A stretch of 10,598 bases of DNA from Candidatus Nanopusillus sp. (GTDB lineage Archaea; Nanobdellota; Nanobdellia; Nanobdellales; Nanobdellaceae). The DNA lies in assembly GCA_028276785.1 (NCBI GenBank), contig JAPYVP010000020.1:1-10598 (forward strand). The letters run 5' to 3'. Both the position numbers and the translations under genes were made by a program. Shown one piece after another: positions 5,274 through 10,598 of the stretch. Numbering within the stretch: position 1 is the first letter of the stretch; every line of letters starts with the position of its first letter. A model generated the notes under the pieces. That model was not told where the DNA came from. It did not search any database and saw only the letters and a program-made list of their open reading frames with translations.

Positions 5274-6626
5274 ATGAGTGAATTTATGATGAAAACTTTG
5301 TTTATAAAAGATATTTTAAAAGAAGATTTTTTGGGTAAGGAGGTTAGTATAAAGGGATGGGTTTATAGAATGAGGGATATGAAGGATAAGATATTCTTTG
5401 TAATAAGAGATTCTACAGGAATAATACAAGCTGTTGTAAAAAAAGAAAATGTTGATAGAAAAACATGGGAAGATGCAACAAAATTTCAAATTGAAGGTTC
5501 TTTAGAAGTAAAAGGAATATTAAAAAAAGATGAAAGGGCACCTGGTGGATATGAAATAGAAGTAAAAGAAATAAGAGTATATGATTATGGAAAACCTTTT
5601 CCATTAAAAGGGGATGAAGATGTAGATACAATACAAAAGTATAGACATTTATGGATAAGAACTAGGTGGTTTATAGATGTATTGAAAATAAAGCATAGTT
5701 TAATTGTAAATCTTAGAGAATGGTTTATAAAGGATGGATGGTATGAAGTAACACCAGCAATATTGGTTGGAAATGCTGCGGAGAATACTACAGAATTATT
5801 TGAGGTGAAATATTTTGAAGATAAGGCATATTTATCACAATCTGCACAATTATATTTAGAAGCATTAATATTTTCATTAGAAAAGGTTTATTCATTAACA
5901 CCATCATTTAGAGCAGAATTATCTAGAACTAAGAGGCATTTACATGAATATTGGCATTTTGAAATTGAAGCCGCATGGTATCATTTGGAAGATATTATTA
6001 AGGTTATGGAGGAATCATTAAAATATTCAATTGAAAAAACAATTGAGGAAAGAAAATCAGAATTTGAAGAACTAAAAAGTATTACTGGAAGAGATGTAAA
6101 TGAATTAAAGCAATTTGTTGAAAAACCATGGAAGATTATTACATATAAAGATGCAATAAAGAAATTGCAAGATCTTGGTGTTAATATAAAATATGGAGAT
6201 GATCTTGGATCTGATGAAGAAAGATTATTAACAGAACAATTTGATGTACCAATATTTGTTACATATTACCCAAGAGAAGTAAAGGCATTTTATATGTACG
6301 AAGTTGAGGATGGAACAGTAAAGAACTTTGATTTACTTGCTCCAGAGGGATATGGGGAAATAATTGGTGGATCCGAAAGAGAGTGGAGGTATGATATATT
6401 AAATAAAAAGATTAAAGAGTGGGGATTGGATAAATTAAAAGTTAAAGTTGGAAATGAGGAAATAAGTGCGTATGAATGGTATGAAGATTTAAGAAAATAT
6501 GGATCTGTTCCACATTCTGGAATGGGGTTGGGTATTGAAAGATTCTTAAGATGGGTATGTAAATTGGATCATATTAGAGATACACAACCATTCCCGAGAT
6601 TAAGGGGTAGCTGGCTATATCCATAG
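5274..6626 (+). CDS. asnS: Asparaginyl-tRNA synthetase (class IIb)
   Basis: 450 aa. N-terminal OB fold (VSIKGWVYRMRDMKDKIFFVIRDSTG). Motif 2 is FRAELSRTKRHLHEYWHFEIE, of the AsnRS type (FRAE.S.T.RHL.E.W..E.E). LLAPEGYGEIIGGSERE and motif 3 GSVPHSGMGLGIERFL fit AsnRS rather than archaeal AspRS (PPHGG). The true start could be one of the Met codons at 5274, 5286 or 5289. Confidence 0.9.
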   Translation: MSEFMMKTLFIKDILKEDFLGKEVSIKGWVYRMRDMKDKIFFVIRDSTGIIQAVVKKENVDRKTWEDATKFQIEGSLEVKGILKKDERAPGGYEIEVKEIRVYDYGKPFPLKGDEDVDTIQKYRHLWIRTRWFIDVLKIKHSLIVNLREWFIKDGWYEVTPAILVGNAAENTTELFEVKYFEDKAYLSQSAQLYLEALIFSLEKVYSLTPSFRAELSRTKRHLHEYWHFEIEAAWYHLEDIIKVMEESLKYSIEKTIEERKSEFEELKSITGRDVNELKQFVEKPWKIITYKDAIKKLQDLGVNIKYGDDLGSDEERLLTEQFDVPIFVTYYPREVKAFYMYEVEDGTVKNFDLLAPEGYGEIIGGSEREWRYDILNKKIKEWGLDKLKVKVGNEEISAYEWYEDLRKYGSVPHSGMGLGIERFLRWVCKLDHIRDTQPFPRLRGSWLYP

Positions 6627-6629
6627 TTC

Positions 6630-7061
6630 TTATCTATATACTATTTTTATTCCTAAAAGCTCTAATATTAATTTTTGATGATTTTTTATAAAACTTTCTG
6701 CATGCTCTATTATTTTTCCATAAGCTTTTTCATGATGATCTATTCCCCAAACAACAATTGTATGCGTATCTTTAAATACAGAGAATATAATCCTTATATC
6801 TCTATTTACTCTATCTGAAAACAGATCAATTATATGTTCTCCAATTTTTATTTTTCCTTTTAATTTTTCTGTTTTTCCTTTAAGTTCTCTAAGTGATTCA
6901 AGTCTGTCAAAAACTATTTTGTATTGTCTATTTAATTCTTTTTTGAGATCCCTTATCCATTCTTCCATAAATTTTATATTATTTTTAACTTTATCATAAT
7001 CTATTAACTTATTGTCAAATAATATTAAAATTTTGTATGTTCTATGAAGTAATATTGCCAT
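6630..7061 (-). CDS. RelE/ParE-superfamily-like protein (type II toxin fold), extended, no adjacent antitoxin
   Basis: 143 aa. The core DLFSDRVNRDIRIIFSVFKDTHTIVVWGIDHHEKAY fits the RelE/ParE C-terminal pattern (R.G.YRIIY.V.....I.I..I.HR..AY). The N-terminus TYKILI... fits the first beta strand. An extra helical segment and a roughly 28-aa C-terminal tail make it longer than typical 85-95-aa RelE proteins. Confidence 0.5.
   Translation of the reverse strand: MAILLHRTYKILILFDNKLIDYDKVKNNIKFMEEWIRDLKKELNRQYKIVFDRLESLRELKGKTEKLKGKIKIGEHIIDLFSDRVNRDIRIIFSVFKDTHTIVVWGIDHHEKAYGKIIEHAESFIKNHQKLILELLGIKIVYR
6644..6648 (+). terminator. Oligo-T tract for asnS embedded in the antisense 3' end of the convergent gene
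   Basis: A T5 run lies 18 nt after the asnS TAG. Only 3 nt separate the two convergent stop codons, so any asnS terminator must lie inside the neighbouring gene. Confidence 0.3.
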
Positions 7062-7114
7062 ATCGAAAAAAGGTCTTTGTATAATTATAAATTTTTAAGT
7101 ATCATATTAATAAT

Positions 7115-7126
7115 ATTTTTAAGTAT
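7115..7126 (+). promoter_or_regulatory. TATA-box candidate ATTTTTAAGTAT for the 7147 gene (second copy of a 12-nt direct repeat)
   Basis: It lies at -32 to -21 from the ATG at 7147. An identical 12-mer sits at 7091-7102, which is about 30-41 nt from the divergent start at 7061. Confidence 0.3.
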
Positions 7127-7146
7127 TTTTATAATAATTGCCCTTT

Positions 7147-7767
7147 ATGGGTAATAAAGAAATCTTATTTAAAAGACTGGATGAGATACTTATGGGAATG
7201 TATGAATATTCTACTATTTTAGGTTACTGGGGAAAATATGTTTGGATTATTATATATCCAGGATATGGATATAGTGCGAGAAGTTTTGTTGCCGATCCAG
7301 ATAAAATACATAAATTTGAAAGCCAAAAAGTTTGTAATTCATGTTATGAGGATATACATATTAGTGAGTATGATCCTACAACTAATAATTATAGTATTTA
7401 TATCAATAGAAATATAAATATAGTAAAGAAAAATAGCAAAGAAATAAAAGAGCTAATAAGGAATATAGAAATTCCTGGTATTGATGTATTTAATATGGTT
7501 ATAAACCGATATTTAGATCCTTCAAAAAATTATTCAAAATTGTTAATATACTTCAAAAGAGATATATCGGATGAAAAAAAGATACTTGAAGAAATTAAGA
7601 GAAGCATTATTTTTGGACAATTTATTCCAGGTAGGGGAAGTAAATATGAAGAACGACCAGTTTTTAGATTTACATCTTTAAAAGGAAGCAAAACGAATAT
7701 ATATAATGGAGGAATTAAATTAGATTTTCCAGACTATTACAGATTTAGTTTTATAATATATGGATAA
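7147..7767 (+). CDS. Hypothetical protein (ORFan to my eye)
   Basis: Long ORF. The track starts it at TTG 7138, but I prefer the ATG at 7147 because of the TATA spacing. K/I/N/Y-rich with a CNSC pair. No motif recognised. Confidence 0.5.
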   Translation: MGNKEILFKRLDEILMGMYEYSTILGYWGKYVWIIIYPGYGYSARSFVADPDKIHKFESQKVCNSCYEDIHISEYDPTTNNYSIYINRNINIVKKNSKEIKELIRNIEIPGIDVFNMVINRYLDPSKNYSKLLIYFKRDISDEKKILEEIKRSIIFGQFIPGRGSKYEERPVFRFTSLKGSKTNIYNGGIKLDFPDYYRFSFIIYG

Positions 7768-7771
7768 CAAA

Positions 7772-8761
7772 TTATGAGAAAATTTTTTCTAGATTTTCTT
7801 TAAATTCTCTCGCAGTTTCTTCAGGTACTGATGAAACAACGTATTCAAAATGGCAAATTTCCATATAACCAATATCAAACATAGGCCTCTGCGATATTTT
7901 AATAACAGGATATGATCTAGATTCTTTTAATAATGTTGTATCAAATATAACTAAATTAAAATTCTCATATAATTTTTCATATATAACCAAAATATTATAT
8001 AAATTTTTAATAAATTCTTCAAATTTATTCTGTGATAAGAAAAATATTCCAAATGTATCAACATATCCAATTAATTCATTATTCCTAAATGGAGCAAAAG
8101 ATGACCATAATTTAATTAATCCATCCAATATTATTCTTTCATTTAATTGCTTTTCAAAGTTAAAATAATCTTCTATAAAGAATTTCTTATATTTATCAAA
8201 ATATTTGCTAGATTTATTTAAATAAATTTTAAAATAGTTTGTTGGTTCATTTTCAATCAATATTTGAAAATGTAAATGTTCTTGTGATGCGCCTGCAGAA
8301 AATCCTTTATTTAGATTAATAAATAAATATTTATAATCTTCTTCAGGTGTTCTTTCATAAAATTCTTTTATCAACATAAATGAATTATAAAGATCTAAAT
8401 AATTTATCTGAGAAAAGCTCTTTACATGTTTTTTATAGTTTGGAACTAATACTGCATGATACTTTCCATATGGGTATTTATTTGAAAAAAGAACAGAATC
8501 TCCGATATACATTTTCTTTGAAAATTCAAAATCAGGTGTTTCATTATCGGGATCGCAAAAAGGACATTTTGATTTTTTTGAATATATTCTACCAAAATTT
8601 CTTGGCTTATTTTTTATGGATTTATTTATTCTTATTTTGAAATTAGTTATTGGATCAATTCTTTCTTCAATTATAAATCTCTCAAATTCATTATTAAATA
8701 AATTCTTTACACTATATTCTTTTGATATTAATTTTAAATCTTCATTATATATTTTTTCCAT
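7772..8761 (-). CDS. GalT-family HIT-superfamily nucleotidyltransferase/phosphorylase (galactose-1-phosphate uridylyltransferase-like)
   Basis: 329 aa. CPFC at residues 66-69 is the zinc CxxC. VLFSNKYPYGKYHAVLVPNYKKHVKSFSQ matches the GalT pattern vF.N.yP....H.v...p.H...l. GASQEHLHFQ is the HxHxQ active-site motif. Substrate cannot be assigned from sequence (UDP-hexose, ADP-glucose or ApnA). Confidence 0.7.
   Translation of the reverse strand: MEKIYNEDLKLISKEYSVKNLFNNEFERFIIEERIDPITNFKIRINKSIKNKPRNFGRIYSKKSKCPFCDPDNETPDFEFSKKMYIGDSVLFSNKYPYGKYHAVLVPNYKKHVKSFSQINYLDLYNSFMLIKEFYERTPEEDYKYLFINLNKGFSAGASQEHLHFQILIENEPTNYFKIYLNKSSKYFDKYKKFFIEDYFNFEKQLNERIILDGLIKLWSSFAPFRNNELIGYVDTFGIFFLSQNKFEEFIKNLYNILVIYEKLYENFNLVIFDTTLLKESRSYPVIKISQRPMFDIGYMEICHFEYVVSSVPEETAREFKENLEKIFS
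7783..7788 (+). terminator. Oligo-T tract for the 7147..7767 gene embedded in the antisense 3' end of the GalT-like gene
   Basis: A T6 run lies 16 nt after the TAA at 7765-7767. The convergent stop codons are 4 nt apart. Confidence 0.3.
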
Positions 8762-8849
8762 TTTTTAGTTAAGATCTTTGGTAAATAAAAATATTTGAAA
8801 TTATAGATGACGACATTGAATATAGAAATAAAATTTTTCTAACAGTGTT

Positions 8850-8854
8850 GAGGT
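8850..8854 (+). promoter_or_regulatory. Shine-Dalgarno-like GAGGT upstream of the 8859 gene
   Basis: GAGGT lies 4 nt upstream of the ATG at 8859 and is complementary to the conserved 16S rRNA 3' end. It is the only clear SD I see in the window. The other genes look leaderless or SD-less. Confidence 0.45.
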
Positions 8855-8858
8855 TTAT

Positions 8859-9794
8859 ATGAATTGCTACCAAAATGTTAGAACTATGGACAACTTTAGT
8901 CATGAATGTAAATACACACTTGAAATTATAAGAAATTATTATATACCGTTAGATAATCGTGGAATAGAACTTTCTAAGCTTTATGAAGTAGCATATGGAT
9001 ATGTAGATAATATATCTCCCGTAGTTGAAGGTAAACCAAATAGATATTTTAGAATAATTGTTGATATTGAAAGATCAATAATACATGATGATGATTTAAA
9101 CAGCAAGCTTGATTGGATACTTAATGTATTTGATGGTGTATATGGTGGTCTTATTGGTGAAATGCGTGTATTAGTTAATAATCTTTCTACAATTATTGAT
9201 AATGGTAAAGAAAAAGTGGAAATAACATCATATAGAGTGAAGATTAAAGCATCCGAGAATGAAAATCAAACATACGAGCTGGAAATAATTGGTAAAAATA
9301 ATAATAAAGAAAAAGATATTTTAATAAGGTTAGATACAAACAAATACTATGTTAACATGGGGTATTTAAAGTCAACAAATGTGGAAGAGGTTATAAAATG
9401 CCTTATAGACATATTAGGATCTTATACGAAGATAATATTTACAGGATTAAAACATTTAAATTTTTATAATCATGAATTAGTTAATTCTCTTTCTATAGAA
9501 GTATCTTCAGCTTGGGTTGGGGAAAGATTGGGATTATCAGAACAAGAATTTAAATCAATGTTTTTATATGGACTTAATCATAAGATAAAGATCGAAGAAA
9601 TAGAAGATAGATTAATACCTCCTCATAAAGATATTGATGAAATAGAGAGGAATGTACCAAGGATATATGTTGACAATGTGCGTGTACAAGTTAAATATAA
9701 TGAAGATAAAATAATACGTGAAGATGATGTTTATGTATTTTATAATATACATAATTGTAGGAAATTGTGTGGATGTAAAAACTTTATATGTTAA
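8859..9794 (+). CDS. Hypothetical protein with C-terminal Cys/His cluster
   Basis: 311 aa ORF preceded by an SD. The C-terminus reads HNCRKLCGCKNFIC, and there are N-terminal Cys at residues 3 and 17. No family recognised. Confidence 0.55.
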   Translation: MNCYQNVRTMDNFSHECKYTLEIIRNYYIPLDNRGIELSKLYEVAYGYVDNISPVVEGKPNRYFRIIVDIERSIIHDDDLNSKLDWILNVFDGVYGGLIGEMRVLVNNLSTIIDNGKEKVEITSYRVKIKASENENQTYELEIIGKNNNKEKDILIRLDTNKYYVNMGYLKSTNVEEVIKCLIDILGSYTKIIFTGLKHLNFYNHELVNSLSIEVSSAWVGERLGLSEQEFKSMFLYGLNHKIKIEEIEDRLIPPHKDIDEIERNVPRIYVDNVRVQVKYNEDKIIREDDVYVFYNIHNCRKLCGCKNFIC

Positions 9795-9836
9795 TCTTTA
9801 TATAGTAATATAAAAATATTTTCATAATTATAGATC

Positions 9837-10241
9837 ATGGAAGATATAAAGAAGCTTATAAAAAATTTAGATAAACTTGCTAATATAATTATAGAAGGAT
9901 ATAAATCACATGAACCTATTTATCGAAATCTAGAATGTATAATAGAAAAGGGTGAGTATTCTTGTAAAATTCTTAACTCTATCGATATAAAAAGAAGAGA
10001 AAATATAATAGAAGCTATGTTAAATGTATGTAGTTATATTACTGAAGATAATGGTAGTTGTAATTTAATAATACATAATTATTCTGGAACATCAGAAATT
10101 ACTAGAAGAAAAATAGAATTTACATTAGATGAGATAAATAGAATTAAAATAATTAAGTATTATAAGCCATATACTATTCTTATTGAAGGTTTAAAGTATA
10201 TAAAAGGTTTAATTCAAATATCTGTTTATATAAGCTATTAA
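9837..10241 (+). CDS. Hypothetical protein
   Basis: 134 aa ORF starting 42 nt after the 311-aa gene on the same strand, so probably co-transcribed. A T5 run at 10242-10246 immediately follows its stop. No family recognised. Confidence 0.5.
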   Translation: MEDIKKLIKNLDKLANIIIEGYKSHEPIYRNLECIIEKGEYSCKILNSIDIKRRENIIEAMLNVCSYITEDNGSCNLIIHNYSGTSEITRRKIEFTLDEINRIKIIKYYKPYTILIEGLKYIKGLIQISVYISY

Positions 10242-10270
10242 TTTTTATCGATAGTTCGATTTAAATTTTA

Positions 10271-10471
10271 TTATCCCAAAAAAGCCAATAATCTTTGTTC
10301 AGGATGATCGCTAACGATTCTAGAAAACATCATAATATTTTTCTCAGTAGATAAATCGTATTTAATTATCTTACCTTCATATACATCATAAGTTATTAAT
10401 GTAACAATATTATAGCCACTGCTGCGATTATACATAGATGATAAAGATAGAATTATATTTGGTACTGGCAC
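10271..10471 (-). CDS. Possible small hypothetical protein (GTG start)
   Basis: 66-codon ORF with a GTG start. An in-frame stop lies 17 codons upstream of the GTG, with no ATG in between. An internal ATG at codon 13 is an alternative start. No motif recognised. Confidence 0.3.
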   Translation of the reverse strand: MPVPNIILSLSSMYNRSSGYNIVTLITYDVYEGKIIKYDLSTEKNIMMFSRIVSDHPEQRLLAFLG

Positions 10472-10492
10472 GCATTTATCTTTAATCTGATA

Positions 10493-10598
10493 TTGTCCTT
10501 GTTTGGTATTGGTATATTCTATTTACTTGGTAGCTCCCAATTACAATCAGTTATATCCCCATTGTCCAATTTAACTAATATCTCTCAAAGCTTTAACT
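10493..10598 (+). CDS. Possible 5' end of a secreted/membrane protein gene running off the window (non-ATG start)
   Basis: The frame is open from 10451 to the window end and reads ...FIFNLILSLFGIGIFYLLGSSQLQSVISPLSNLTNISQSFN. This is a hydrophobic segment followed by an uncharged S/N/Q/T-rich sequence like the surface protein at 2..1054. Only TTG codons (10493, 10499) are available as starts. Confidence 0.2.
   Translation, partial: MSLFGIGIFYLLGSSQLQSVISPLSNLTNISQSFN

Noticed and set aside
5413-5631. 72-aa minus-strand ORF inside asnS
   Set aside because: It is antisense to a strongly supported AsnRS gene, and the product is a repetitive L/F/H string.
6732-6818. C/D-box sRNA candidate (ATGATGA at 6732-6738 and CTGA near 6815)
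   Set aside because: The boxes are about 80 nt apart, too far for a compact archaeal C/D sRNA. No internal C'/D' boxes or terminal stem are present, and the region lies antisense within a CDS. Similar partial matches (9085-9091 with no D box, and 10433-10489 with a degenerate C box GATGATA) fail for the same reasons.
6630-7061. N-terminal part of the RelE-like ORF as a fused antitoxin domain
   Set aside because: The N-terminus (TYKILI...) looks like the first strand of the RelE fold itself, followed by an inserted helix. I see no RHH/AbrB/Phd-like DNA-binding domain. The idea remains only a low-probability alternative in the finding.
8380-8640. 86-aa plus-strand ORF inside the GalT-like gene
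   Set aside because: It is antisense to the region encoding the CPFC and H.V..P.H motifs of the GalT-like protein, so it is very likely a shadow ORF.
8807-8842. 11-codon upstream ORF (MTTLNIEIKFF) in the leader region of the 8859 gene
   Set aside because: It is too short, and such ORFs are expected by chance in AT-rich sequence. It has no SD and may lie upstream of the transcription start. It is not supportable without conservation or ribosome-profiling data.
10247-10260. Small hairpin ATCGA-tagt-TCGAT after the 134-aa gene, and a similar TATATG-n11-CATATA at 4352-4374
   Set aside because: Stems of 5-6 bp that are mostly or entirely A-T would be unstable in a thermophile. The T5 run at 10242-10246 already explains termination. 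Both are consistent with chance.
1-10598. CRISPR array, IS element, integrase or transposase
   Set aside because: There are no regularly spaced repeats of 24 nt or longer. The only repeats are 10-15-nt AT-rich motifs in promoter and terminator regions. No ORF has DDE, tyrosine-recombinase or serine-recombinase-like motifs that I can recognise.

Overview
Very AT-rich, tightly packed archaeal chromosomal segment (roughly 25-30% G+C by eye, not computed). Archaeal origin is supported by an exosome Rrp42 gene, RNA polymerase subunit K/Rpo6, TATA-like boxes about 25-30 nt upstream of start codons, and oligo-T terminators. All three standard stop codons are used. The single tRNA (Val-GAC) is 47/73 G+C by my count against this AT-rich background. 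That contrast suggests a (hyper)thermophile, and the scrambled gene order and compaction suggest a reduced DPANN/Nanoarchaeota-like genome; both are inference only. Confident calls: the C-terminal part of a charge-poor surface/S-layer-like protein, rrp42, rpoK, a free-standing YbaK/ProX-type editing domain, tRNA-Val, acylphosphatase, asparaginyl-tRNA synthetase, and a GalT-family HIT nucleotidyltransferase. The less ordinary content is: (i) two adjacent, highly diverged paralogs of a ~254-aa double winged-helix-like protein next to the tRNA; (ii) a lone extended RelE/ParE-like toxin gene with no antitoxin; (iii) a block of ORFans (7.1-10.5 kb) around the GalT-like enzyme; (iv) a CDS whose stop codon lies inside the tRNA. 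I see no CRISPR array, transposase, integrase or rRNA. No complete recognisable defence or mobile system is present, so the candidate novel content is hypothesis-level.
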